A stretch of DNA of 64,000 bases from an uncultured Anaerolineales bacterium (GCA_964501335.1 CAZCTC010000010.1:64001-128000); one strand, 5' to 3'; shown: positions 54,207 to 64,000, numbered from the stretch's first letter. The notes: generated from the letters alone by a model not told the origin. Made by a program: numbers and translations.

Positions 54207-55621
54207 ACAGAAAATCCGATCACGTCCATTGGAGTATCATGTTGTTCGATGTGGCGGTGATCAACCTGGCCTTATTTCTGGCGTATGTGTTACGTTATCG
54301 GTTGCAATGGCTGAAGGAAGTAGCCTTCGATGCTCCTTTGCAATCCTATCTTCTTTTTTGGGCGGTTTTTTCGGTTTCGGTCCCGATGATGTTGCTGGCG
54401 GACGGTGCTTATAATCATTGGCGCGGTCGTGACTGGCTGGATCATACTTATCGGGTGGTGAATGCTGTGGCCAAGGCTGCGGTAATGGTCATGGCTTTGA
54501 CCTTTTTCTTGCAACCGTTGGTTTATTCCCGGTTATTGATTTTGGAAGCCGGGATTATGATGGTGATTTTTCTATCCCTGGCCCGGGCGACCGCCATCGC
54601 GGTGCAGAGTTATCTGCGGCGGCGCGGGGTGGGAGTAATGCGGGTGGTTATTGTCGGGGCCGGTGAAGTGGGCCGGCGGGTGATGCGCAATATTGTGGCC
54701 CGTCCTGATCTGGGTTATCAGATCGTCGGTTATGTGGACGATAACCCGGTCAAAGGGGAAGGGGAGATCGGTCGCTTCAAAGGCTTGGGGGCAGTGGATA
54801 ACCTGGCCGGCGTGATCGATTCTGAAACGGTGGATGAAGTGATTATCACTTTGCCCTGGACCTATCATCGCCGTATTTTGACGGTGTTACGAGAATGCCG
54901 CCGGCATGAAATCGAAGCCCGTATTGTTCCGGACTTCTTTCAGATGAGTTTGAGCCAGGTGGCGGTCAGCGATCTGGGCGGCGTTCCTTTGATCGGTGTG
55001 CAGGAAATTGCGTTCAGTCAATCGGCTTTGTTGTTCAAACGGGCCATGGATGTTTGTGGTTCGGTCATTTTGTTGATCGTGGGAGCGCCGATTTTTGCGG
55101 TGATTGCCCTGGCGATTAAACTGGATTCCTCGGGACCCGTTTTCTTCCGTCAGGAACGAGTTGGAGAGAAGGGACGTCGTTTTATGATCTACAAATTCCG
55201 TTCGATGCGCCAGGGCGCTGAGAACGAATTGGCGCAGCTGAAGAAGCTGAATGAGGCCGATGGACCGTTATTCAAAATTCGTCGGGATCCGCGGTTGACC
55301 AGGGTGGGGAATTTCTTGCGGCGGACCAGCCTGGATGAATTGCCGCAACTGATCAATGTGTTGCAGGGGGATATGAGTCTGGTGGGCCCTCGACCGCCGA
55401 TCCCGGCCGAGGTGGAGAAATACCAGGCCTGGCATCGTAAGCGTCTGGAGGTCCCCCCCGGCATGACCGGTTTGTGGCAGGTAAGCGGACGTAGTGATCT
55501 GACTTTTGATGAAATGGTTTTGTTGGATCTCTATTATGTGGAACATTGGAGTCCCTGGCTGGATATAACTATTATGTTGCGCACGATTCCTCAGGTTCTT
55601 CTGGGTGATGGGGCATATTGA
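54203..55621 (+). CDS. polyprenyl-phosphate sugar phosphotransferase (WbaP/EpsL-type initiating transferase)
   Basis: N-terminal TM helices. C-terminal bacterial sugar-transferase domain with RPPIPAEVEKY...PGMTGLWQVSGRSDL. Overlaps the GT4 gene by 4 nt. Confidence 0.85.
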   Translation: MNRKSDHVHWSIMLFDVAVINLALFLAYVLRYRLQWLKEVAFDAPLQSYLLFWAVFSVSVPMMLLADGAYNHWRGRDWLDHTYRVVNAVAKAAVMVMALTFFLQPLVYSRLLILEAGIMMVIFLSLARATAIAVQSYLRRRGVGVMRVVIVGAGEVGRRVMRNIVARPDLGYQIVGYVDDNPVKGEGEIGRFKGLGAVDNLAGVIDSETVDEVIITLPWTYHRRILTVLRECRRHEIEARIVPDFFQMSLSQVAVSDLGGVPLIGVQEIAFSQSALLFKRAMDVCGSVILLIVGAPIFAVIALAIKLDSSGPVFFRQERVGEKGRRFMIYKFRSMRQGAENELAQLKKLNEADGPLFKIRRDPRLTRVGNFLRRTSLDELPQLINVLQGDMSLVGPRPPIPAEVEKYQAWHRKRLEVPPGMTGLWQVSGRSDLTFDEMVLLDLYYVEHWSPWLDITIMLRTIPQVLLGDGAY

Positions 55622-56822
55622 GGAGAATGAGTTGATGAATCAATGGCATTTAACGCCGCAAGAACGTGAATCTTTGTTGGAATTTTTGAAGGCGCTGGTC
55701 CGTACTCCCAGCCTGCCGGGACAGGAAGGGGCTGTGGCGGGGTTGGTGATGGAGGAGATGCGCCGCCTGGGTTTTCCTGAAGTCTGGACGGATTCGGCCG
55801 GCAATGTGGTCGGACGGGTTGGCAGCTCGAGCGGGCCGGGTCTGCTGTTGAACAGCCATATGGACACGGTCGATGTGTCCGATCCCGGGGTCTGGATGAA
55901 TGATCCCTGGGGTGCGGTGGTCCGCGAAGGTCGTCTGTACGGCCGGGGTTCGGCCGATATGAAGGCCGGGCTGGCGGCGACGATCTATGGGGCCGCGATG
56001 TTGTTGCGCCGGAATGCCAATTTGCATGGACATGTGCGGGTGGCTGTGGTGGGGCTGGAAGAACCGGCGGAAGGTGTGGGCTCGCGGGCGCTTTTTGAAG
56101 AATGTAAGTTGAAGCCGGATTGGGTGGTGATTGCTGAGCCCTCTAACTTGCAGATCGTGCGCGCTCAACGGGGGCATCTGGAGATGGGGCTGACGGTGAA
56201 AGGCAAGGCCGCTCACTCTTCGGCTCCTCAATTGGGCGAAAATTCGATCTACGCTGCGGCACGGATTATCTTTGGGTTGGAGATGCTTTCCGATCAACTG
56301 GCCGAAGATCCGTTCCTGGGGGCAGGCGTTCTGGCTGTGACACAGATCGATTCTCAAGGGGTCAGCCGCAATGCGATTCCGGACCGTTGTAATTTGATTG
56401 TGGATCGGCGGTTGACGGTGGGAGAGACGGAGGCCCTGGCTCTGGCCGAGGTTCGGCGGATTATTGCCCGTGAAGGGGTCAATGCCGAGGTGCAGGTATT
56501 GGAAGATGAGGTGCGCACCTATACCGGCAAGACCTATCGGGCGCGCCGTTCTTCACCGCCCTGGGCTTTGGAGGAACGTCATCCGTTGATTGGTGCATTG
56601 ACCCACGCGGTTAAAGATATGGGACTGCGGCCGGTGATGACGAAATGGGCCTTTGCCACTGAAGGGTCGTACACGGCCGGGGTGGCTCAGGTGCCGACGG
56701 CCGGCTTTGGCCCGGGCGATCCGGCCCTGGCCCATACTGTGGATGAATATGTGGATTTGGAACAGGTCTACGCGGCAACTTCAGTTTACGCTGCGTTGGC
56801 GTATCGGTTGTTGGGTAAGTAA
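55605..56822 (+). CDS. M20-family metallopeptidase / deacylase (ArgE/DapE-like)
   Basis: Motifs NSHMDTVDV and GRGSADMKAG. The start may instead be Met 55635 (MNQWH). Confidence 0.8.
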   Translation: MMGHIEENELMNQWHLTPQERESLLEFLKALVRTPSLPGQEGAVAGLVMEEMRRLGFPEVWTDSAGNVVGRVGSSSGPGLLLNSHMDTVDVSDPGVWMNDPWGAVVREGRLYGRGSADMKAGLAATIYGAAMLLRRNANLHGHVRVAVVGLEEPAEGVGSRALFEECKLKPDWVVIAEPSNLQIVRAQRGHLEMGLTVKGKAAHSSAPQLGENSIYAAARIIFGLEMLSDQLAEDPFLGAGVLAVTQIDSQGVSRNAIPDRCNLIVDRRLTVGETEALALAEVRRIIAREGVNAEVQVLEDEVRTYTGKTYRARRSSPPWALEERHPLIGALTHAVKDMGLRPVMTKWAFATEGSYTAGVAQVPTAGFGPGDPALAHTVDEYVDLEQVYAATSVYAALAYRLLGK

Positions 56823-56833
56823 CAGGAGGCTAA

Positions 56834-57730
56834 ATGGAACTGGTACAGATTTCAAAGGACATTCAGACGGCGTTAAGTCGGGGGAAGGCGGTGGTGGCGT
56901 TGGAATCCGCTTTGATCACACATGGTTTTGCCTATCCCGACAATATCGATATTACGAAGCGGATGGCCGCCGCTATTGAGGCGGAAGGGGCCGTTCCGGC
57001 GGTGATTGGGATCTGGAAAGGCCAGGCGGTCGTCGGGTTGGAAGATGCTCAGATTGCTGCGCTGGGTGCCGATCGGACGGCGGTCAAGGTGAGTGTGCGC
57101 GATCTGCCGTTGATGGGGGTGCGTGGACTCAATGGCGGCACGACGGTGGCCGCCACGATGTTGATTGCCCATAAGGCCGGCTTGCGCGTTTTTGCTACCG
57201 GCGGTATCGGGGGCGTGCATCGGGGGCATCCGGAAGATATCTCGGCTGATTTGCCCATGCTGGCGACGACGCCGTTGATGGTGGTTTGTGCCGGCGCCAA
57301 GTCGATTCTGGATCTGCCGCGGACGCTGGAATACCTGGAAACCTGGGGCGTGCCGGTGGTTGGTTGGGAAACGGATCAATTTCCGGCTTTCTATAGCCGC
57401 AGCTCGGGGCTGCCGGTGGATTATCGCCTGGATCAGGCTTCCCAGGTGGCTGAGGTCTATCAGTTGCAGCGCCAGTGGGGATTGCGGCAGGGCATGTTGG
57501 TGGCGGCTCCGGTGCCGGTTTTGGACGAATTGCCGGCTTCTGAAGTGGAGCCCTTGATTGCTCAGGCTGTGGCGGAGGCCGATGCTCAAGGGGTGAGTGG
57601 CAAGGCGATGACCCCCTTCTTGCTCTCCCGGTTGGTGACGTTGAGCGAATCGCGCACCCGCAGAGCCAATGAAAGTTTGTTGATCAATAATGCGCGAATT
57701 GCTGCCCGAATTGCCCGGGCGTCAGTGTAA
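56834..57730 (+). CDS. psuG: pseudouridine-5'-phosphate glycosidase
   Basis: N-terminal VVALESALITHGFAYPDN and VFATGGIGGVHRG, characteristic of the PsuG / indigoidine-synthase-A-like family. Confidence 0.8.
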   Translation: MELVQISKDIQTALSRGKAVVALESALITHGFAYPDNIDITKRMAAAIEAEGAVPAVIGIWKGQAVVGLEDAQIAALGADRTAVKVSVRDLPLMGVRGLNGGTTVAATMLIAHKAGLRVFATGGIGGVHRGHPEDISADLPMLATTPLMVVCAGAKSILDLPRTLEYLETWGVPVVGWETDQFPAFYSRSSGLPVDYRLDQASQVAEVYQLQRQWGLRQGMLVAAPVPVLDELPASEVEPLIAQAVAEADAQGVSGKAMTPFLLSRLVTLSESRTRRANESLLINNARIAARIARASV

Positions 57731-57801
57731 GCGTTGAATTGTGTTGTGCCTGCCGGGGAGGCAGGTAGAACATAGTTTCTCAGGATGGGTAGAGGATAAG
57801 T

Positions 57802-60195
57802 ATGAAACGCAATCCGGAGAAAATGCGCGCCGACCGGTGGGGCCGGCGCGCTCTTTTCATCTTGCTTTGCTGGATTTTTCTGGCTCAGCTGGCCTGGGGG
57901 GCGCGCCAGCTCTCGTTGACGATCGATGAGCCTTCCCATCTGATGAATGGCTATGCTGTTTGGACGACCGGGTCGTATTGGACGGTACCTCCGCACACGC
58001 ATCCTCCTCTGGCTAATTTGCTTTCCGCAGCGCCGCTGTTGTTGGAACCTGACCGTCCCGACCCTCGTCAAATTGCCGGTTGGCAGCGAGATTTTGTTCG
58101 CTTTATGTTCAATGTGATGCCGCAGTGGCCGAATCTGGAGCGGTTGGAGCTGGTGGGGCGTTATCCGATTATGTTGCTGGCTCTGATTTTAATGGCGCTG
58201 GTCTATCGCTGGACTAAGGAGCGGGCCGGTGGTTGGGGGGCTTTGCTGGCGATGGGGGTCATGATCTGGGATCCGACGTTGGTGGCTCATTCTCAGTTGA
58301 TGACCAACGATTTGGTGATGACGTTGTTGGGGTTTGCTTTTTTCTATCGGATCGAGCGACTTTCCCGCCGGCGGACTCTGGGAAATTGGGTTTGGGCCGG
58401 GGTGTTGCTCGGTGCCGCATTGGCTACCAAGACTTCGGCGATGTTGTTGGTGCCGGTTGGATTGGGGTTGTTGTCTCTGACGGTCTGGCTGGCCCATCCC
58501 CGGCCTTCCCGGGCCTGGTGGCCCTGGATCGGGGGGATGCTCTTTTTGCTGGCGGTGGCCGGCGTGACTTTGTGGGCGGTCTACGGTTTTGAGTGGTCCG
58601 GCGGCCCGCTGCCGAGCCATATGAAGATGTTGCAGATCTTTTCCTCGGATCGTACCTGGGGGGCTTTTGCCGGGGGTCAGCGGCAGCGCGGCGGCTGGTG
58701 GTGGTATTTTCCGTTGGTCATAGCGATCAAGACGCCTTTGCCGGTTCTGATTGCCTTTCTGATTTTGTTGGGAATCGTTTTGCGTCAGGGTGGGGCCCGG
58801 TTGTGGGCGGACCGCTGGCTGTGGGTTTTCCCGCTTTTCTATCTGGCGACTGCCATGTGGAGCGGTGTAAATGTGGGCTATCGTCATTTGTTGCCGATCT
58901 TTCCTTTTGTCTATGTGGGCTTGGGGGAACTGGTGCCGGCGCTGGCCGCAGTCCGTTCCAAAAAGTTGCTCCTGGGATTGCGGAGCGCGGGAGTTTTGTT
59001 GGGGTTTTGGTTGATCCTGGGGACGTTGCGGATCTATCCTTTCTCCGTAGCTTACTTTAATGAAACGATCGGCGGCGCGCGGCAGGGGTATCGTTACCTC
59101 GTGGATTCCAATCTGGACTGGGGGCAGTATTTCAAGGCGCTTCGTATCTGGATGCAGACGGCGGGCGTACAACAGGTGGAGCTGAGCTATTTCAGCTGGG
59201 TCGATCCGGCTCGCTACGGCATTCGGTATCATAAGCTGCCTCCGGCCCGGCGGGGCGGGGATGTTTTGCTGCGACAGTACGATCCGGCCCCTGGGGTTTA
59301 TGCGATTGGGGCCACGCCTTTGCAGGGATTGTTATTGCGCGATCCTGATCTCTATGAATGGTTTCGGCATTGTGAGCCGGTGGCGGAGCCGGGGTATGGA
59401 TTGTTGATTTACGACGTCCGCCCGCATAATCCGCCGGCAACCTGGCTGGCCCAGTGTCACGTCCCGGTCATACCCTTGACTTCTGAAAAGGTAAAGGTAG
59501 GATTGGGCAGGGCTGATTTGCGTCAGATCCGGTTCGATTGTACTCAGGGCTGGATTTATCCTCGCGGTGGATTGGATACGGGTTGGTATGGGATTTACCG
59601 TTCGACATGGCAGAACGGGGGCGCCTGGATGCGCCGACAGCTTACCCCGGCCCGGTTGAGCTATGAACAGGTGGAAACCGGCGAGGCCCCGCCCTTTGTG
59701 TTGTGGGAACAGGAGGGGGGGCAGGTTATTACCTCAACTTACTCTTTGGAAGGGGTGGCGGCCTTCGATGCCGGTGAGCCGGGAGCCCTGCTGGCGCAAA
59801 CCCCGGCCGTGCAGGCGCCCCTGGCGACCGACGGCCCATTGACGTTGTTGGGGTATTCTCTGGTGCCCAAGGGCGAAACCGGCCCGGAGTTGTGGACTTA
59901 CTGGCGTGTGGAATCGGTTCCCGATCGAGCGCTTTCTTTGATGGCCCATCTGGTCGGGGCCAATAATCAGCCGATTGCGGTGGGGGATGGGCTGGCCGTG
60001 CCGCGGGATCAATGGCAGGCCGGGGATGTGCTTGTGCAGCGCCATCGTTTTGAGATTCCGGCTGGAACTGCGCGTGGAGTTTACTGGTTCCAAATCGGGG
60101 CTTATTGGTCGGATCCGCTGGCGCGTTGGTCTTTTGTAAAAGAGGGGCGACCGATCGGCAATCGCCTGATTGTGGGACTGTGGGAACTGAAATAA
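57802..60195 (+). CDS. polytopic membrane glycosyltransferase, GT39/ArnT-like (polyprenyl-phosphate-sugar dependent), with a C-terminal extracytoplasmic domain
   Basis: About 12 TM helices. First-loop acidic motif TIDEPSH. 797 aa. The family assignment is by architecture only. Confidence 0.55.
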   Translation: MKRNPEKMRADRWGRRALFILLCWIFLAQLAWGARQLSLTIDEPSHLMNGYAVWTTGSYWTVPPHTHPPLANLLSAAPLLLEPDRPDPRQIAGWQRDFVRFMFNVMPQWPNLERLELVGRYPIMLLALILMALVYRWTKERAGGWGALLAMGVMIWDPTLVAHSQLMTNDLVMTLLGFAFFYRIERLSRRRTLGNWVWAGVLLGAALATKTSAMLLVPVGLGLLSLTVWLAHPRPSRAWWPWIGGMLFLLAVAGVTLWAVYGFEWSGGPLPSHMKMLQIFSSDRTWGAFAGGQRQRGGWWWYFPLVIAIKTPLPVLIAFLILLGIVLRQGGARLWADRWLWVFPLFYLATAMWSGVNVGYRHLLPIFPFVYVGLGELVPALAAVRSKKLLLGLRSAGVLLGFWLILGTLRIYPFSVAYFNETIGGARQGYRYLVDSNLDWGQYFKALRIWMQTAGVQQVELSYFSWVDPARYGIRYHKLPPARRGGDVLLRQYDPAPGVYAIGATPLQGLLLRDPDLYEWFRHCEPVAEPGYGLLIYDVRPHNPPATWLAQCHVPVIPLTSEKVKVGLGRADLRQIRFDCTQGWIYPRGGLDTGWYGIYRSTWQNGGAWMRRQLTPARLSYEQVETGEAPPFVLWEQEGGQVITSTYSLEGVAAFDAGEPGALLAQTPAVQAPLATDGPLTLLGYSLVPKGETGPELWTYWRVESVPDRALSLMAHLVGANNQPIAVGDGLAVPRDQWQAGDVLVQRHRFEIPAGTARGVYWFQIGAYWSDPLARWSFVKEGRPIGNRLIVGLWELK

Positions 60196-60289
60196 ATTTT
60201 CGTGAAGCGTACGTTTTCGTGGGTGTGAGGCCGCGAAAAAATGAATTCCAAAAATCCTCTTCAGTCTATCAAAGGGGGCATGATAAAGG

Positions 60290-61111
60290 ATGGCAGTGGT
60301 TTCATCTCGGGACGCCGATAAAGTACCGGCGACCGGCAAATTGAAGAAGATTTCCAGCATCAGTGCGTTTTTTCCGGCCTTCAACGACGGCGGAACGATT
60401 CCAAGTATGGTGCTGGGAGTGCTGCTGGCATTGCGGCAGGTGACCGATGATTATGAAGTGATTGTGGTGAATGACGGCAGTCAGGACTATACGGCCCAGG
60501 TTTTGGAAGAGCTGGCCAGCCGTTATCCTGAGTTGCGCGTGATCCATCATCCTCGCAATATGGGGTATGGGGCGGCGTTGCGTAGCGGATTTGCGGCGGC
60601 GACGAAGGAGTGGATTTTCTACACCGACGGCGATGCCCAATATGATCCGCAGGAATTGACCCATTTGACCGAGGCTTTGCACGAGGGGATCGATGTGGTC
60701 AACGGCTTTAAGATTTCCCGCAACGATCCGATCGAACGGAAAATTATCGGTAAGATCTATCATTATTTTGTAAAGTACACTTTTGGTTTTAAGTTGAAGG
60801 ATGTGGACTGCGATTTCCGGTTGATCCGGCGTTCCATTTTCGATGAGATTAAGCTGGTCAGCGATAGCGGAACGATTTGCCTGGAGATGGTTAAGAAATT
60901 CCAGGATGCGGGCTATGTTTTTGCGGAAGTGCCGGTCCATCACTACCATCGTCAATATGGGATCTCACAGTTTTTCAACTGGCGCCGGTTGATCCGGACG
61001 GCGCGGCAGTTAACCGTGTTGTGGTGGAAGATGGTGATCAAGAAAGAGCATCGGGCCGAATTGGCGATGCGGCGGGCTGCCGCGACGCCGGCTGTCGTTG
61101 AACAGAAATAG
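60290..61111 (+). CDS. GT2-family glycosyltransferase (polyprenyl-phosphate sugar synthase, DPM1/ArnC-like)
   Basis: Motif EVIVVNDGSQD with DxD, followed by YGAALRSG. Confidence 0.8.
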   Translation: MAVVSSRDADKVPATGKLKKISSISAFFPAFNDGGTIPSMVLGVLLALRQVTDDYEVIVVNDGSQDYTAQVLEELASRYPELRVIHHPRNMGYGAALRSGFAAATKEWIFYTDGDAQYDPQELTHLTEALHEGIDVVNGFKISRNDPIERKIIGKIYHYFVKYTFGFKLKDVDCDFRLIRRSIFDEIKLVSDSGTICLEMVKKFQDAGYVFAEVPVHHYHRQYGISQFFNWRRLIRTARQLTVLWWKMVIKKEHRAELAMRRAAATPAVVEQK

Positions 61112-61117
61112 GATACC

Positions 61118-63604
61118 ATGCCTGCTATTGCGCTGACTCCTCGCGGATTTGTTCTTGACGGACGCCCGGCTTTGATTCAAGCCGGGACGTTGTCTTATCT
61201 CCGGCTGCCGCATCCTGATCTCTGGCGTCCGGCTTTGGAGCGTCTGCGTATGGCGGGCTGTAATACGGTGGTTTTTCCGGTGCCGTGGGCTTATCACAGC
61301 CCGGCGGCGGGCATGATCGATTTTACCGGTCTGCGGGATCTGCCGCGGTTGCTTTCGGAGGCGGAGCGGGCCGGGTTGTGGGTGGTGATTCAGGCGGGAC
61401 CCTGGCTGGGCGGCGGGCTGGATCGCGGCGGGCTGCCGGGATGGTTGACCGGGCTGGGGATTGCCTTGAACGATGAATCCCCGGCTTTTTTACGTCAGTT
61501 GCGGGAATGGTGGGAACAGCTCTGGCCGGTGGTACGGCGCTGCCATACTTTGCTGGCTGTGCAGGTGCACGGCATGGCCGGGGATGCGGGCATGATGGCC
61601 CTGGCGCGTCAGACCGGGCCGGCCGTGCCCATTTTGGGTTGGGATGATGCGCGGTTGCCCCGTGTGGAGCTGCAATTCCCGGACGGCTGGGGCGGGCAGG
61701 GGGCGGAGCGTTTGCGCCGGCAGCTCGATCCCTGGCATCCGATCGGGCGGGTGGCACCGGTACTGGCCGGCGGGGCGGCGGGCTATGTGCTGGATCCTTT
61801 TGCGGCCGGCTGCACCTGGGGTTATTGGGGACCGCCGGAAAGCTATACGGCCTACGGCAACGGCGCGCCGGTTTTGGAAGGCGGCTTGTTGGATGAGATC
61901 TATTTCCGGACGCGTCGTTGGGCGATGACGGTGGAAACTCTGGGGGAGGTGTTGGCCGGAGCGGAGCCGACGGATGCGTTGTATGCTTCGGAGCCGGGGG
62001 CGCTGACCGGCGCCTTTCATCAGGGGAAGACGGCGCTGGCCTGGCTTTATGCAGGGGAAGAAGCGCTGGAAGGGCTCAGGCTTTCCTGGCCGGTGGATGA
62101 TGAGGTGTGGACGACGGCACCTTTCAATCTGGCGGCGGGGAGCCGGCGGCTGTTGCCTTTTAACTGGCCGCTGGCGGGCGGTATGTTGCGCACGACGACT
62201 TTGGAGCCCGTGCTCCGGGTGACGGTGGCCGGGCGGGATCTGTTGATTGTGTGCAACGACGGCGGCGGCGAGTTGTTGCTTTCGGACGATTTTCGGCCGC
62301 GCCATGCTCAGGGGCCGGTGCGGACGCTGCGCGGAGCGGGTGGTTTGACGATACGGATTGAGCCCGAGCGGGTGGTTTCGTTGGTTTTGGATGGACCGCG
62401 GGGAATGTTGCAAATTCTGGCGTTGGAGCCGGGATGGGCCTCGCGGATCTGGCCGTTGGACGATGCCTGGCGGACGACGCCGGCGGCGGCGCCGACCTGG
62501 GCTCCCGATCCTCAGGAGCCGGCGCGGGGGTTGCTTTTTGGCCCGGAATGGCTGGTGCCGCGTCCGGACGGCGGCTATGCTTTTGGGGCGTTGGCGCGCG
62601 GCTTCGGTTACCGTTGGGGCCCGTGGCGGGGCAGTAATCCGCAGACCTGGCTGGCGCCGCTTTCCTGGGAGGCCCCGGCTCCGGTGCGCCTGCCCGATTT
62701 GACGGGGTGGGAATCCCGTGCGGCGGCGCCGGAAGTCCGGCCGGATTACGATGATCGGGAGTGGCGGGAGGTTTTATCGCCTACGCCGCTGGCGATGGAG
62801 GCTCAGGGCGTGTTCTCCGGGTTGATCTGGTACCGGGGCCGATTTTCCGGGCCGGCGGCCGAGATGACCTGGACCTGTCGTCATGGCTGCGATCTTTTCT
62901 TGAATGGTGAGCTGATTGCAGTTTCCAATGTGCTGCCAGGGACGCCGGAGTCGATCGATCCGGTACCGCAGACGATTCCTTTGCCGGCGCGGTTGATGCA
63001 GGAGGAGAATTCTGTGGTGATTCTGGCCGAAGGGCTGGGGCATCTTTCGACGCCGGCCGGGGTGACGGCGCCGAATGGGTTGCTTTCTTTCTCTTTGCAG
63101 TCGGCGCCGCTGCTGCCGGAAGTGGAATCTGCGGCCGAGGGGGAATCGGCGGATCCTCCCGTGTCGGTTATCCAGGCGGTGCCCTGTCAATGGCGAGTTC
63201 GGGGGGGATTGAGTGGTGAACGTGGACAGCAGGGTTTCCCTGGTTTTGCCGAATGGGAAAGGGTTCCGGAGAGCGGCGATGAGGCGGTGACCTGGCATCG
63301 GTTCCATTGGGCGATGGGATTGGCGGACAATCTGGATACGACGCTCTTTTTAATTGTGGAGCGGTTGGCCGGAAAGGCTTTTTTCTTTCTGAACGGGCAG
63401 TTGATCGGGCGATATTGGGAGGCTCAGGGGCCGCAGCGGCGTTTCTGGCTGCCGGATGGACTGTTACAGCGGCGGGGCGAGAATGCGCTGTGGGTGGTGC
63501 AGTGGTTGCGGGGGGCCGAGGCGGGGCCCGGCCGGGTGCGGCTGGAGGCGGTGGGGACGCTTCGCTGGTATAGTGAACCGGGATTGCCCCGTAAGCCAAA
63601 ATGA
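61118..63604 (+). CDS. large glycoside-hydrolase-like protein with a GH35-type N-terminal TIM barrel and C-terminal beta-sandwich domains
   Basis: N-terminus FVLDGRPALIQAGTLSYLRLP...MAGCNTVVFPVPWAYH..G.IDFTG parallels the GH35 beta-galactosidase N-terminus. The expected ENEY acid/base motif is not evident (VQVHGMAGD). Confidence 0.5.
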   Translation: MPAIALTPRGFVLDGRPALIQAGTLSYLRLPHPDLWRPALERLRMAGCNTVVFPVPWAYHSPAAGMIDFTGLRDLPRLLSEAERAGLWVVIQAGPWLGGGLDRGGLPGWLTGLGIALNDESPAFLRQLREWWEQLWPVVRRCHTLLAVQVHGMAGDAGMMALARQTGPAVPILGWDDARLPRVELQFPDGWGGQGAERLRRQLDPWHPIGRVAPVLAGGAAGYVLDPFAAGCTWGYWGPPESYTAYGNGAPVLEGGLLDEIYFRTRRWAMTVETLGEVLAGAEPTDALYASEPGALTGAFHQGKTALAWLYAGEEALEGLRLSWPVDDEVWTTAPFNLAAGSRRLLPFNWPLAGGMLRTTTLEPVLRVTVAGRDLLIVCNDGGGELLLSDDFRPRHAQGPVRTLRGAGGLTIRIEPERVVSLVLDGPRGMLQILALEPGWASRIWPLDDAWRTTPAAAPTWAPDPQEPARGLLFGPEWLVPRPDGGYAFGALARGFGYRWGPWRGSNPQTWLAPLSWEAPAPVRLPDLTGWESRAAAPEVRPDYDDREWREVLSPTPLAMEAQGVFSGLIWYRGRFSGPAAEMTWTCRHGCDLFLNGELIAVSNVLPGTPESIDPVPQTIPLPARLMQEENSVVILAEGLGHLSTPAGVTAPNGLLSFSLQSAPLLPEVESAAEGESADPPVSVIQAVPCQWRVRGGLSGERGQQGFPGFAEWERVPESGDEAVTWHRFHWAMGLADNLDTTLFLIVERLAGKAFFFLNGQLIGRYWEAQGPQRRFWLPDGLLQRRGENALWVVQWLRGAEAGPGRVRLEAVGTLRWYSEPGLPRKPK

Positions 63605-63795
63605 GTTTATAAGTTTATGGTAGGAGTTTTTGTTCTTCCTCATTTTCCGGTCAATTGCACAGGGGAATTTTATGAGGTTGTCCTTCGGGCCTTCGCTTTT
63701 CACCATTTTAGGCTATGTTATAATATGAGGGTGATGGCTCAGTTTCTCACTAACTAAACGTCCAGGGGTATTCTGCCTAAAGGGATCGTGACTCC

Positions 63796-64000
63796 ATGGA
63801 TTATTTCCAGTGGCGCGACATGAATGGTTCCCTTTTGTTTCCCGAAAACATAGCCGGGATTGTTGTGGTCCTGGTTTATGCTGTGGGCATGGGTTGGATG
63901 CTGTGGCGCCATCTCCGTGAGTTTAAGGAATTCACTCCCTGGATCTGGGGCCTCTTTTTATTCGGTGTGTTGTTTTTATTTCCGGCCAACTCCATCGATT
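63796..64000 (+). CDS. N-terminal fragment of a hypothetical membrane protein (runs off the window)
   Basis: ATG at 63796, followed by hydrophobic helices (IAGIVVVLVYAVGMGWMLW). No stop before the window end. Confidence 0.3.
   Translation, partial: MDYFQWRDMNGSLLFPENIAGIVVVLVYAVGMGWMLWRHLREFKEFTPWIWGLFLFGVLFLFPANSID

Noticed and set aside
58189-59232. 347-aa minus-strand ORF and 61490-62413 minus-strand ORF
   Set aside because: Antisense shadows of the GT39-like and GH35-like genes. Pro/Arg/Gln-rich low complexity.

Overview
High-GC (~58-60%) bacterial chromosomal segment carrying about 60 genes; phylum not assignable from sequence alone. No rRNA, tRNA, CRISPR array, transposase or integrase was recognised.

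Gene content in order:
- A truncated Ser/Thr kinase with a C-terminal zinc ribbon, followed by two paralogous membrane-anchored solute-binding-fold proteins (the second with a vWA domain), a coiled-coil membrane protein and a LivJ-type lipoprotein.
- Two divergent MBL-fold hydrolase paralogues flanking a repeat-rich intergenic region.
- A MacAB-like tripartite ABC exporter operon (permease, adaptor, ATPase).
- An overlapping sensor histidine kinase / response regulator pair and a HEAT-repeat protein.
- A PEP-utilising phosphotransferase of the PpsA / rifampicin-phosphotransferase architecture.
- An ECF sigma factor and a 1196-aa anti-sigma factor.
- Six tandem small Pro/Thr-rich ORFs sharing a conserved C-terminal motif and Cys-Tyr dipeptides, the last translationally coupled to a radical SAM/SPASM enzyme gene. 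This is the most interesting locus and resembles an undescribed RiPP-like system.
- A methyltransferase, a GNAT, a MarR regulator with a consensus promoter, a dual-specificity phosphatase, a vWA lipoprotein and an HDAC-family deacetylase.
- A stress-type island: rhomboid protease, SRPBCC protein, a Gly-zipper protein with three internal repeats, a PRC-barrel protein and a tandem UspA protein.
- A 2867-aa cyclic beta-1,2-glucan synthase-like gene.
- An exopolysaccharide / glycosylation gene set: ADC-like protein, SDR, GT4, polyprenyl glycosylphosphotransferase, M20 peptidase, PsuG, GT39-like, GT2 and a GH35-like protein.

A dispersed intergenic repeat family with at least five hairpin copies (four sharing flanking arms, the fifth a hairpin-only copy that functions as a terminator) has a perfectly palindromic, covarying hairpin; one copy carries a 2x157-bp tandem duplication. 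Most long ORFs on the strand opposite these genes are GC-driven shadow ORFs.
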